From positions 123,751-187,750 of IMG/VR virus record IMGVR_UViG_3300027793_000055: a DNA stretch of 64,000 nucleotides, one strand, 5' to 3'. Numbering within the stretch: position 1 is the stretch's first letter; each line of letters opens with the position of its first letter. Of the stretch, positions 26,966 through 35,569 are shown piece by piece. The DNA is from a virus. The notes beneath the pieces were generated by a model, which was not told the DNA's origin, made no database searches, and was given only the letters and a program-made list of their open reading frames with translations. A program made the position numbers and the translations under genes.

Positions 26966-27044
26966 AACTACGGCAGTTTTATTTAGTTCAGGGTGATCTA
27001 TCACAGATCATCCGCTTCACTATGTAGACACTAAGCACATAAGC

Positions 27045-27290
27045 CTAATTTATTAGTACAAATTCCCAAACTCCCTCATCTAATAGTTTAACTATATCTT
27101 CTTTTTCTATCCAAGTTGTTTTACCTTGTGGCTTCCCATTTAAAAAAGTTAAACCATAAAACTCTGCATATCCATTATTTTCTTTTAGAGGTGAAGGACC
27201 GCACGAAAACCCAGAGACATATACAAGAACATCACCGCCAGACAGAAAAAAATCTCCTATCTTTATTTCTAAATCTTTTTTTTCTGTCAT
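27045..27290 (-). CDS. small SH3/KOW-like protein
   Basis: IKIGDFFL. Confidence 0.7.
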   Translation of the reverse strand: MTEKKDLEIKIGDFFLSGGDVLVYVSGFSCGPSPLKENNGYAEFYGLTFLNGKPQGKTTWIEKEDIVKLLDEGVWEFVLIN

Positions 27291-27497
27291 CTATATCACC
27301 GCTTTAAAATATCTATCTAAAGTACGGACTACCCAATAACTGCTATATAAAGTATTTTGATGAACAAGATAAGCATGATGTTTATCAGCTCTGATAACTA
27401 AAAATAAATCACCTTTTTGACATTTGACTTCTCTGAGTTCTTCTTGACTAATGAAAGAATCAATTTGATAGTGTAAGAGTGAACCAACATTATACAT
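27291..27497 (-). CDS. small SH3/KOW-like protein
   Basis: YNVGSLL, KGDLFLV. Confidence 0.7.
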   Translation of the reverse strand: MYNVGSLLHYQIDSFISQEELREVKCQKGDLFLVIRADKHHAYLVHQNTLYSSYWVVRTLDRYFKAVI

Positions 27498-27498
27498 T

Positions 27499-27705
27499 TT
27501 ACTTAATCTTTCTCATTTGATGAGACTTTACAATAGGATTACTCTCCGCTGAAGTAGAAAGAATCTCATAAACAGTTCTCTGTGTTGTATCATAAATACC
27601 ATCTGTAATATCGTGAATGGCATAAACAATACCAACACCGTTGATTTGTGTATTGTCGGGTAGCTTACGAGAATATTCGATAAGATCACCAACTTGATAT
27701 TTCAT
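27499..27705 (-). CDS. small SH3/KOW-like protein
   Basis: YQVGDLIEY. Confidence 0.75.
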   Translation of the reverse strand: MKYQVGDLIEYSRKLPDNTQINGVGIVYAIHDITDGIYDTTQRTVYEILSTSAESNPIVKSHQMRKIK

Positions 27706-27929
27706 TACTCCACCAAAGGATAATGGACATAAATGTGATAACGAACAAAATACTCTAAAATATTTCCAGAGAATACATCTTCTTTACCATCGGGAGAGAT
27801 ATAGAAAGTGTAATATATATCTTTATCATCCTCGTCTATGTCAATAAGAAGGAAACTTCTAGTTCCTTCTTTGTGGCGTGTATCAATAAACATATCACCG
27901 ATATTGTAGTTGGTCAAATGCCACTTCAT
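27705..27929 (-). CDS. small SH3/KOW-like protein
   Basis: YNIGDMFID. Confidence 0.7.
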   Translation of the reverse strand: MKWHLTNYNIGDMFIDTRHKEGTRSFLLIDIDEDDKDIYYTFYISPDGKEDVFSGNILEYFVRYHIYVHYPLVE

Positions 27930-28123
27930 TAAGTTTCCTTTGATATAGCCCATTTTCCTTTTTCAATCAGGCTTACAGCAACGTTAACTGAAAAAGGCAT
28001 AGTCTTTAAACTATCCTGCCAAAATAGAAACAGTTGTCCTTGAACAATATCAGTAACCAGTGCAATTCTATGGCTATTACGAACAACAATAAGATCGCCA
28101 ACTTGGAAATGCATATACACCAA
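27929..28123 (-). CDS. small SH3/KOW-like protein
   Basis: FQVGDLIVV. Confidence 0.7.
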   Translation of the reverse strand: MVYMHFQVGDLIVVRNSHRIALVTDIVQGQLFLFWQDSLKTMPFSVNVAVSLIEKGKWAISKET

Positions 28124-28160
28124 AACCCACTTATTAAGTGGGCTAAAAGTGATTTAAATT

Positions 28161-28751
28161 TTACTTCTTTGGAAAGAACCTTTCTTCTATGTGACTGCTC
28201 TTACCAGAGAACCAATCTTCTGGAATCTGGGTAATAACCATCTCTTCACTTACACCGGAAAGAAGTGTCATATAGTAATCATTATAACCGGCGGTGCTTT
28301 CTAGTTTAGAGAACTTTTCCAATTTAATGGGATAACGAGTGTATTGGCTAGCATCAAGCGTAATACTATCACTATTTTCGTGATAAGTGATTCTATCCCA
28401 ATTAATTTCTGTGATAATAGCCATATGGCTATCGTACCTAGGCTCAACAAGAGCACCGATACCAAATCCAGTTTTACACATTTTCTGGAAGAGGTTCTTT
28501 CGATATTCTGCATTTTTTGCAATAGCTTGTGAATAATCTACGATGAGCTTCTTGCAAGTCTTTCTATTGTGGCTAGTTTCACCACAATAACCACACCTTT
28601 TGGTAGTATTTGAAGAAGCATGATGAGCCACTTTTTGTGCTGCATAACTATTTGGATTTTGTCGTGCCTGTTCTTTTAGTTTAGGGCATCCTCGCTGATT
28701 ATGTCCAGTACCACCGCACCAACGACAGTGCACGCTTCTACGATAGACCAC
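28161..28751 (-). CDS. double CCHC zinc-knuckle protein
   Basis: CRWCGGTGHNQRGC and CGYCGETSHNRKTC. Confidence 0.8.
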   Translation of the reverse strand: MVYRRSVHCRWCGGTGHNQRGCPKLKEQARQNPNSYAAQKVAHHASSNTTKRCGYCGETSHNRKTCKKLIVDYSQAIAKNAEYRKNLFQKMCKTGFGIGALVEPRYDSHMAIITEINWDRITYHENSDSITLDASQYTRYPIKLEKFSKLESTAGYNDYYMTLLSGVSEEMVITQIPEDWFSGKSSHIEERFFPKK

Positions 28752-28780
28752 GGTGATCTCCTTTGTTTGCCGGGGAAGTC

Positions 28781-28809
28781 AGCATAGCATGGATCGATCC
28801 TATCGTCAA
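28781..28809 (-). promoter_or_regulatory. sigma70 promoter P7 (two GATC in spacer)
   Basis: TTGACG-17-TATGCT. Confidence 0.7.
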
Positions 28810-28843
28810 CAGATAAGAACGTTCTATGCCATAGATATAAAAA

Positions 28844-29047
28844 CTAAGATATTTTAATAACTTTAATTTTTATTGTTGAAACAACAGGTTTAATGTTATA
28901 GATTAATTCCTGCCCTATTTCTGCTGTTATGACAGCCATATGTTCACAAGCCGGAATATCTACAATTTGTATAAGCTCTTGAAATGAGGCTGACTCATAA
29001 AATACTCTGCCAGTCTCAATCGATAATACTCTATATTTTGGCGGCAT
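28844..29047 (-). CDS. hypothetical protein
   Basis: ORF track. Confidence 0.6.
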   Translation of the reverse strand: MPPKYRVLSIETGRVFYESASFQELIQIVDIPACEHMAVITAEIGQELIYNIKPVVSTIKIKVIKIS

Positions 29048-29052
29048 ATGTT

Positions 29053-29295
29053 TTATTCTACTATAGAAAATGCATCCTCTAGAACATCGGTATACATCTC
29101 AATATATGAACCACTGATAGATTGAATTGTATACTCATGAAGAAGTCTGTTCTTTGATTGTATATTTTTAGAAATGATAAGAAAAAGTTGACCTTTTGTA
29201 AAGGAAAAATATTCACTGTTAATATCAGCGAATGTTCTAGAGAAATTTAAGCATATAAGATCACCAATCTTAAACTTATTCTGGCTCATATTCAA
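29053..29295 (-). CDS. small SH3/KOW-like protein
   Basis: FKIGDLICL. Confidence 0.7.
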   Translation of the reverse strand: MNMSQNKFKIGDLICLNFSRTFADINSEYFSFTKGQLFLIISKNIQSKNRLLHEYTIQSISGSYIEMYTDVLEDAFSIVE

Positions 29296-29506
29296 TCTTC
29301 CAATAGCCGCGTTTAATATCCCTATCTAGATAAGTATCCAATATACAAAACTCCTGACTATCATCCATAAAATGAAATAAATAATAATATTTACCACTAT
29401 CGGTACTTATCCCTCCAGAAAGAAGTAAGGCAAGAGTATCATAAGTATCATCTGCAAAATCCTTGAAAGAAAAGATGGTACCAGTTTTAAAAGTTTTCCG
29501 ACTCAT
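29276..29506 (-). CDS. small SH3/KOW-like protein
   Basis: FKTGTIFSF; paralog of next gene. Confidence 0.7.
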   Translation of the reverse strand: MSRKTFKTGTIFSFKDFADDTYDTLALLLSGGISTDSGKYYYLFHFMDDSQEFCILDTYLDRDIKRGYWKIEYEPE

Positions 29507-29726
29507 GTTCTAGTATCCAATATCCTTGAACAAGCTTCCACTCTAAATCAGTAGCAGCTAAATTATAATAATTTTCTATAGCCGTATCATAGAATCTATA
29601 TCCAATATTATTTCCATCTTTGTGAGAAGAAACCAGTAAAACAAAAGTTGTATCTTTTTCTTCACCTTCGTAATAAGAACGAGGCTCTATAAAAGAAAAC
29701 AAGGTACCAGTTTTATACTGTTTCAT
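29487..29726 (-). CDS. small SH3/KOW-like protein
   Basis: YKTGTLFSF. Confidence 0.7.
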   Translation of the reverse strand: MKQYKTGTLFSFIEPRSYYEGEEKDTTFVLLVSSHKDGNNIGYRFYDTAIENYYNLAATDLEWKLVQGYWILEHESENF

Positions 29727-29895
29727 ATATTTCAAATCTATCGTCTTCAAGATCTATACAACTGAGCGTATGATCTACCGATTCACACCAAACAGTTTTA
29801 TACCAGGTTTGCTCTTTTGTTTCTCTTTCTATTTTTACAATTACTCCCCATTCTTCATCCCAATTATCATAAATAAGGGTACCAACTTTAAACAT
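29713..29895 (-). CDS. small SH3/KOW-like protein
   Basis: FKVGTLIYD. Confidence 0.7.
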   Translation of the reverse strand: MFKVGTLIYDNWDEEWGVIVKIERETKEQTWYKTVWCESVDHTLSCIDLEDDRFEIYETV

Positions 29896-29896
29896 T

Positions 29897-30133
29897 TTAT
29901 TGATTGCCGTGGTATTGAATTAGTGTAGACCAAGCAACAAGATTAATATCGTGGTCTTGAAAAACATTCAATCGCGTTGGCCAATATACTTTCATCATTT
30001 TAGTCATCTTACCTTTATATCTGGCTTCATAAAGATCAATTATAATACCAAACCCACCTTCATCGGGTAGATTTAGAAAAAGAAGATCCCCCACCTTTAC
30101 TGGTGGAGGATTACCAAGTGAATAACTATTCAT
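29897..30133 (-). CDS. small SH3/KOW-like protein
   Basis: VKVGDLLFL...VYWP. Confidence 0.7.
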   Translation of the reverse strand: MNSYSLGNPPPVKVGDLLFLNLPDEGGFGIIIDLYEARYKGKMTKMMKVYWPTRLNVFQDHDINLVAWSTLIQYHGNQ

Positions 30134-30834
30134 CGTGACAGCTTCAAGTATCGTTCTTCAATATTGATCAAAACATCATCACCAATAGGCAGCAATGAAT
30201 AAGAACGTGAACCAGCAGCAGCACGAACTTTATTGGTAACTTCAATAATAATAAAAGTATTATCGTTGTGCTTGCCAGCAACAAAAGAATTTTTTCCAAC
30301 ATTAGTCAACACAACAGCATCACCATTGTTAAACTTTGGTTTAGAAGCCAATTGTTCAAGATAACGCTGTGCATATTTATTATTCACGATCTTTTCATAA
30401 GTCTGCTCGGAAGGGATATAACTTTCTTCCGCGAGTACCTTTTCGCAGGTATCACGATAATAATAGGGCTGGCTTCCGGCTGCAGCCATATCCTTGTACC
30501 ACTTGGCAATGAGACGCATCTTTGTTCGCTTGTCCTCATCATACGATGCTTGCCATGCTTTGATAATGGCAGCATTCTCTTGCAAAGCATCATCGGAATA
30601 CCTCTTTTCGTTATCTTCGATGCATCTAACTTGATTAGTCGAAAGCGAACCCCGTGCATTAAATTGTTCAAGGAGAGAACGCATGAACTCTTCAGTCTTA
30701 GGATACTGACGAACAGCAGGATTAGTAAGTAGCTTTTCAAGCCTTTCTTTAAGGGATGGATCATTTACACGAGTATTGATAGAGTTAAATTGATTATTGG
30801 TTGGAGCCGGCTTAAAATGACGATAATAAGGCAC
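30130..30834 (-). CDS. early protein with C-terminal SH3/KOW-like domain
   Basis: PKFNNGDAVVL; follows P8. Confidence 0.8.
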   Translation of the reverse strand: MPYYRHFKPAPTNNQFNSINTRVNDPSLKERLEKLLTNPAVRQYPKTEEFMRSLLEQFNARGSLSTNQVRCIEDNEKRYSDDALQENAAIIKAWQASYDEDKRTKMRLIAKWYKDMAAAGSQPYYYRDTCEKVLAEESYIPSEQTYEKIVNNKYAQRYLEQLASKPKFNNGDAVVLTNVGKNSFVAGKHNDNTFIIIEVTNKVRAAAGSRSYSLLPIGDDVLINIEERYLKLSR

Positions 30835-30864
30835 TTTTAACCTCGTTTGTGCTGTCCGATAGCT

Positions 30865-30893
30865 ATCCTATCACACATTCCGCCTTCTGTCAA
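30865..30893 (-). promoter_or_regulatory. sigma70 promoter P8
   Basis: TTGACA-17-TAGGAT. Confidence 0.8.
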
Positions 30894-30912
30894 CAACAAG
30901 TAAAGTCGATTA

Positions 30913-31170
30913 TCAATTAATTGTTTTTGAGTTTTTATTTAATCTTTTTACTATAGCAAAAAGAAGGTGCGATACATATGTTTCTGCTGTTCTTTTTCCA
31001 GCTAAGTCAGAGTGTGATAAATATGCATCAATATAATCCTGAATTACTGTACCAATTTCACTTAAAATAAGTTTTTCTGGATCTTCTCTTGTTAATTCTT
31101 CTATAATGAGATTTTCCTGTTTTATAATTTCTTTTTCTTCGCTCGAAAGAGGAGTATTCTTTTTCTTCAT
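30913..31170 (-). CDS. hypothetical protein
   Basis: ORF track. Confidence 0.7.
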   Translation of the reverse strand: MKKKNTPLSSEEKEIIKQENLIIEELTREDPEKLILSEIGTVIQDYIDAYLSHSDLAGKRTAETYVSHLLFAIVKRLNKNSKTIN

Positions 31171-31407
31171 TTATACGACCTTTAAAGTAAGTGTAGCTGT
31201 AGCAACTGTGTAATCCATATATTTTTGAGCATCTTGCCAAAATACAATCAGTCTAGTATTATCTATAGATGTAATTACCCCAAAGCCATTACCATATGCT
31301 GCTTTGAATTTATAAATATCTTGAAGTTCGACCAGATCACCTAATTTAAAAGTGTGAGGATATGAAAGAGTACCATCCGGGTTTGTTATAAGTTTTTTTC
31401 TTGCCAT
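31171..31407 (-). CDS. small SH3/KOW-like protein
   Basis: FKLGDLVEL...VFWQD. Confidence 0.7.
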   Translation of the reverse strand: MARKKLITNPDGTLSYPHTFKLGDLVELQDIYKFKAAYGNGFGVITSIDNTRLIVFWQDAQKYMDYTVATATLTLKVV

Positions 31408-31408
31408 T

Positions 31409-31618
31409 TTAATCCTCAAAAATCAATAGTTTATTGATTTCAAAATAATAAGTTTTATCTGGTATTTGCTGAAATACGATTCCAACATCGCCATATCCAT
31501 CATCACCATCAACAACAATAGCTAATCTATATTCATCTGCTGAATCTTTAAGATATGCATGTGCTACTAACTGACCAATTTTGATATTTTCAATAGTTGC
31601 AGCTTTAATGTTAGGCAT
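31409..31618 (-). CDS. small SH3/KOW-like protein
   Basis: IKIGQLVAH. Confidence 0.7.
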   Translation of the reverse strand: MPNIKAATIENIKIGQLVAHAYLKDSADEYRLAIVVDGDDGYGDVGIVFQQIPDKTYYFEINKLLIFED

Positions 31619-31777
31619 TTAGAGTTTTTTAATTCGATTGTAATTTATAATATATTCTGTATCTCGTGAATGAATATAGATTTTAGCCATTTCTTTATGA
31701 GGCCAAATATCTAAAATTGTTGCAAGAAGATTGCCAATCTTTGTTTCGACAATATCGCCTACATTAAAATAGTTCAT
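31619..31777 (-). CDS. small SH3/KOW-like protein
   Basis: FNVGDIVET. Confidence 0.65.
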   Translation of the reverse strand: MNYFNVGDIVETKIGNLLATILDIWPHKEMAKIYIHSRDTEYIINYNRIKKL

Positions 31778-31797
31778 AAAACCCACTAAATAATTAT

Positions 31798-31986
31798 TTA
31801 AAAGGAAATTTTCTGATATAAGCACTCTATATTCGCAAGAGACTCATCAGAAACAAATCCATCAAAAAAATTTGGCCAATATACCTTAAATCCATATTGT
31901 TTTTCTGGATCTATTGCGAATATAATCCCAATTTGTTTGTCATTTGGATCAAAAATAAGAGTTCCAACAACTTCTTGATTATTCAT
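31798..31986 (-). CDS. small SH3/KOW-like protein
   Basis: VVGTLIFD...VYWP. Confidence 0.65.
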   Translation of the reverse strand: MNNQEVVGTLIFDPNDKQIGIIFAIDPEKQYGFKVYWPNFFDGFVSDESLANIECLYQKISF

Positions 31987-32179
31987 AACACACTCTTTTA
32001 ATGTCCTGAAAATATTCATCTATTGGCTTGTTTTTATTTGGCCAAAATACAGTTACCTTTGGATTCATAGAAGAACTATCAACTGCTATAACAATACCAT
32101 AACCATACTGTTGTGTTGAGTTAAAATTCGCCTCAACAAGATCACCAACCATAAACATTTGTGAACGAAATTTAGCCAT
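31979..32179 (-). CDS. small SH3/KOW-like protein
   Basis: FMVGDLVEA...VFWP. Confidence 0.7.
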   Translation of the reverse strand: MAKFRSQMFMVGDLVEANFNSTQQYGYGIVIAVDSSSMNPKVTVFWPNKNKPIDEYFQDIKRVCYE

Positions 32180-32180
32180 A

Positions 32181-32453
32181 TTATTCTTCACCATAGCTTG
32201 GTGACAAAGCACCTTCTAGAAGTGCAGAAGTACCATCTTTATTGAAGGTTCTTCTATCTTCAATAGGCTTACTAAAGTCATGCATGTTCTTATGCATAAG
32301 AAGATTGATTGGCTCACTCAAAGGAATATCCTGAATAATATGGCCTTTGTTTGGATCAAGTTGCACAAAATCAACCTTACTAATAGGAATTAGCCTACCA
32401 TATACACGAATAAACATAACATCATTATTACCAATATCAATATATTTATTCAT
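32181..32453 (-). CDS. hypothetical protein
   Basis: ORF track. Confidence 0.7.
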   Translation of the reverse strand: MNKYIDIGNNDVMFIRVYGRLIPISKVDFVQLDPNKGHIIQDIPLSEPINLLMHKNMHDFSKPIEDRRTFNKDGTSALLEGALSPSYGEE

Positions 32454-32461
32454 AATTTCCT

Positions 32462-32710
32462 TTAAATTTCGATCTTGGAAAAGTACGGACTTTTATAACT
32501 GTGAAGATCATTTTTATGCCAGTATAGAACACGATCTGTTTTTACAGAAAGAATTTCGTATTGTTGTTCGCCATCAATAATCAAATTATCTGAAATAATA
32601 AGAAAAAGATCTCCAACATTACATTGTATACTTTCTTCATAATCAAGACCAACAGAAAGATAAATATTTTTATTAATCTGAATAAGGTCGCCGGTTTTAA
32701 ACAGTTTCAT
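32462..32710 (-). CDS. small SH3/KOW-like protein
   Basis: FKTGDLIQI, VGDLFLI. Confidence 0.7.
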   Translation of the reverse strand: MKLFKTGDLIQINKNIYLSVGLDYEESIQCNVGDLFLIISDNLIIDGEQQYEILSVKTDRVLYWHKNDLHSYKSPYFSKIEI

Positions 32711-32934
32711 AACTTACGCATATACCTTTCTGTCAGGCAGATTTTATCTGAGATTAAAAAGTGATTTTCATACTCTCCCTGTAAAAATATGCTGTATATA
32801 TTTTCTTCCCAACCTGAATCTCGGCCACGATGCCGAGAATAGATAATACCAGTAAGTATCTGCGGCTCTCCAGATATAGATGGTATATGGCAAACTATTA
32901 ATTCACCAATCTTGTATTTATATCTGGCTTTCAT
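32707..32934 (-). CDS. small SH3/KOW-like protein
   Basis: YKIGELIVC. Confidence 0.7.
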   Translation of the reverse strand: MKARYKYKIGELIVCHIPSISGEPQILTGIIYSRHRGRDSGWEENIYSIFLQGEYENHFLISDKICLTERYMRKL

Positions 32935-33422
32935 GGGTTATTAAGCATTAGCTGTTCATTAGTCAAACCAAGTGAAACACATTTCTTATAAAAGCGATTC
33001 CAAGTAAGATGCTGCACAACCTTAAACTTATGATTTCGTACCTGCTTTTCTTCAATAACAAAGAGTTTATAATTTTTTGGATTAAATTTAAGGTTTCCCT
33101 TCATCGAATACGATTGATACCAAGTTTTTTCGCTAGAAGGAAGAACACAATGGACGGTAAAATAGTGAAAATTATTTTTAATTGCATTGATGAATGAAAC
33201 TGGTTTTGATGCAAGATTCATGACAACTGTTAACCTATCTTCTCCTTGCCAAGAATTAATATTTGCAGTAGCATCTGCAACTGATTCTTCAACAGTAAAA
33301 CGAAAAAATGAAATAACTTCTTCTTCATTATCAAAAAAGATAGCTCGATCTGTAGTGCCATAATGATAATCATAAAGAAAATCAAGAAGTGACCAACCCT
33401 TTGGCTTGAGCATATACTTCAT
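32931..33422 (-). CDS. hypothetical protein
   Basis: ORF track. Confidence 0.7.
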   Translation of the reverse strand: MKYMLKPKGWSLLDFLYDYHYGTTDRAIFFDNEEEVISFFRFTVEESVADATANINSWQGEDRLTVVMNLASKPVSFINAIKNNFHYFTVHCVLPSSEKTWYQSYSMKGNLKFNPKNYKLFVIEEKQVRNHKFKVVQHLTWNRFYKKCVSLGLTNEQLMLNNP

Positions 33423-33435
33423 AATGTTCTACCTT

Positions 33436-33618
33436 TCAGTTATAAGCAAGACGAATGATAAAAAGCTGTCTCAAAAAAAGTGTTTTATCTGAATGAATAA
33501 TGCTGTAGATTGTATCTCCTAGAAAGTCCTCGTCAATAAATTCAATAAGACCAATTTGTTCTTCATCACCATATTTAAAGACGACTAAGTCACCAACATT
33601 GTACTTATTCATAATCAA
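33436..33618 (-). CDS. small SH3/KOW-like protein
   Basis: YNVGDLVVF. Confidence 0.7.
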   Translation of the reverse strand: MIMNKYNVGDLVVFKYGDEEQIGLIEFIDEDFLGDTIYSIIHSDKTLFLRQLFIIRLAYN

Positions 33619-33968
33619 ATACCATCACGATTCTTGTAGTTGTAAGCATCAGCAGTATGCAAACAAGCACCTTCCGTCTTGATAAGACGACGATGCTTGG
33701 ACACTTGATTGATATTGTCACCCATATTGCTACCCTTGTTCTTCAACTTGGTAGTAGCATTAAGATAATCGGTGAGTGCAGGATCGGTATTGATCTGAAT
33801 AGAACAACCAGTCTTGTGCGAATAGATCATATTGCCCGTATATTTTACAGCTTCACACTCATCTTCGCCACACTCGTTGCAAACAATAGCACGACCGGGC
33901 TTACCCTTGCGAGAAGCCTTGTCATAATCAGCACCACAAGAAGCACAAACTGCATTGTAAATCGGCAT
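33615..33968 (-). CDS. zinc-finger early protein
   Basis: CASC...CNEC; follows P9. Confidence 0.75.
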   Translation of the reverse strand: MPIYNAVCASCGADYDKASRKGKPGRAIVCNECGEDECEAVKYTGNMIYSHKTGCSIQINTDPALTDYLNATTKLKNKGSNMGDNINQVSKHRRLIKTEGACLHTADAYNYKNRDGI

Positions 33969-33996
33969 AGATCACCTATCGCGGAAAAGGCTACAT

Positions 33997-34029
33997 CCCG
34001 ATCCTACCACGGGATCGGGTTCGCGTCAA
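33997..34029 (-). promoter_or_regulatory. sigma70 promoter P9 with GATC inverted repeat over the -10
   Basis: TTGACG-17-TAGGAT; CCCGATCC/GGATCGGG. Confidence 0.8.
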
Positions 34030-34044
34030 GGGGTTTCTGCGGGA

Positions 34045-34176
34045 TCATTCTTCGTCGGGCTTTACTTTATTACGACGACGATTCTTACTGTGCCATTTTT
34101 TATCTTTGTGTTGTCCAGCACCTTTTCGGTTCCAAGCATTTTGTGCAACACGATTACGAATGTTTAGCATAGTCAT
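34045..34176 (-). CDS. 43-aa basic peptide (RNRVAQNAWNRKGAGQHKDKK)
   Basis: manual translation, below track cutoff; ACTAATTA just upstream. Confidence 0.6.
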   Translation of the reverse strand: MTMLNIRNRVAQNAWNRKGAGQHKDKKWHSKNRRRNKVKPDEE

Positions 34177-34180
34177 ATAA

Positions 34181-34342
34181 TTAGTCCACAGGTTTAATCA
34201 TCATCGCAAGTTGAAAGTCCTCAAAATAATCTGGAGCATTGATCCAATCTAACTCTAACACATTTGGGTCTGGTGTGTCAACTACAATAGCAAGAAAACC
34301 TTGATATTCAACCATATCACCGATTTTAAATTTATACTTCAT
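34181..34342 (-). CDS. small SH3/KOW-like protein (53 aa)
   Basis: manual translation MKYKFKIGDMVEY... Confidence 0.65.
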   Translation of the reverse strand: MKYKFKIGDMVEYQGFLAIVVDTPDPNVLELDWINAPDYFEDFQLAMMIKPVD

Positions 34343-34524
34343 TCGTAAACCTCTAAACGATGAATTGAGATTAGTTCTTTTATTTCATTCTCGGAATACC
34401 AACTAGATGTTCCATTAGTCCAATAAATATCATAAATTCTATCTCTTACACGATAGATATAGCCACATGAGTCAATATGATTGTGATTATCCTGATGTAT
34501 GACTAAACTACCAACTTTACACAT
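34339..34524 (-). CDS. small SH3/KOW-like protein
   Basis: CKVGSLVIH; paralog of 34957-35145. Confidence 0.7.
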   Translation of the reverse strand: MCKVGSLVIHQDNHNHIDSCGYIYRVRDRIYDIYWTNGTSSWYSENEIKELISIHRLEVYE

Positions 34525-34525
34525 A

Positions 34526-34732
34526 TTATTCTACTGGAATATATTCTACATTATCTTTCAGCATTTCAGTTAGCTCTTGTTCTGTCCAATAAGTATCTTT
34601 ATAATTTGGCTTGTTAATATAAGTCAGCCAATGATATGTTACACCTTTTTCTTGGTCAATTTTATACAAATAGCATCGCACTTCTTCATCGAAGTTGTGA
34701 TCAATAAAAATGTCGCCAATATTATATTTCAT
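34526..34732 (-). CDS. small SH3/KOW-like protein
   Basis: MKYNIGDIF. Confidence 0.7.
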   Translation of the reverse strand: MKYNIGDIFIDHNFDEEVRCYLYKIDQEKGVTYHWLTYINKPNYKDTYWTEQELTEMLKDNVEYIPVE

Positions 34733-34949
34733 TTGGATAATATATGTAGTAGTGTTTTTCTTCTACTTGATACTGTAAGAACTGTTCAGTATATTCTTCG
34801 TAGTAATGATTATCATCTATTATATGGACAGCTAAATATAAATTTGGATCAAGCTTTTTATCTTTTGTTCGGCTTATGCGTTTATCAATTATATAAAGAA
34901 AGGTGTTATTACCTGTTATAAAAAACATATCACCTATATTGTATTTCAT
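34722..34949 (-). CDS. small SH3/KOW-like protein
   Basis: MKYNIGDMF. Confidence 0.7.
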   Translation of the reverse strand: MKYNIGDMFFITGNNTFLYIIDKRISRTKDKKLDPNLYLAVHIIDDNHYYEEYTEQFLQYQVEEKHYYIYYPNEI

Positions 34950-34956
34950 ATGAAAA

Positions 34957-35145
34957 CTACTCGTATACTTCAATAAGTTCAGCTGCAATTAATTCTATTA
35001 ATTCTCGATTAGTATACCACACACTTCTATCACGTACACTAGGCCAAGCTACATAAATTCTAAGTTTTTCTATTTTATAGATATAGCCAAAATCAATACT
35101 TTTATCAGGATTGTGATATATTAGTAGTGTATTGATTTTGAACAT
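34957..35145 (-). CDS. small SH3/KOW-like protein
   Basis: FKINTLL..GYIY..WY..EVYE. Confidence 0.7.
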   Translation of the reverse strand: MFKINTLLIYHNPDKSIDFGYIYKIEKLRIYVAWPSVRDRSVWYTNRELIELIAAELIEVYE

Positions 35146-35168
35146 TATTAAAATACCTATTCTATATC

Positions 35169-35381
35169 TTACTCTAAATCAACATACCAAGCCCAATTAA
35201 TATTAATAAAATCTTGCAAAGCATCTTGGTCGTTATTATAATAATGTCCTCTTGAGTTTGCAGTTTTATGTTGACGAAGTATTGCTTCGCGTTCTGTAAT
35301 ACCCATTATCTTATTTTTTATTTGTTCGCCAGTTTCTTCATCAAAAACTGGCTCATCATATGCAATAAATTTTACTGTCAT
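35169..35381 (-). CDS. conserved phage hypothetical protein
   Basis: ITEREAI..Q...D.DALQDFININWA. Confidence 0.7.
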   Translation of the reverse strand: MTVKFIAYDEPVFDEETGEQIKNKIMGITEREAILRQHKTANSRGHYYNNDQDALQDFININWAWYVDLE

Positions 35382-35569
35382 TTGTTTTCTTCAATATACC
35401 ACTTCTTGTGTTCTATCATCATATGCATTGAAGATTCACTACAACTAGTATTCTCACCAGTATTCCAACTTATTTTATAACTTTCTATATTAGAAATTAT
35501 AATACCAAATCTACCTGTAGATGAAATTATAAGAGTACCAACAGCAATTTTCATTTTTGGATAAACCAC
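35378..35569 (-). CDS. small SH3/KOW-like protein
   Basis: IAVGTLIISSTGR. Confidence 0.7.
   Translation of the reverse strand: MVYPKMKIAVGTLIISSTGRFGIIISNIESYKISWNTGENTSCSESSMHMMIEHKKWYIEENK

Noticed and set aside
17391-27010. CRP boxes (TGTGA-N6-TCACA)
   Set aside because: Half-sites resemble the CRP consensus, but the spacers vary widely and none has the 6-bp geometry
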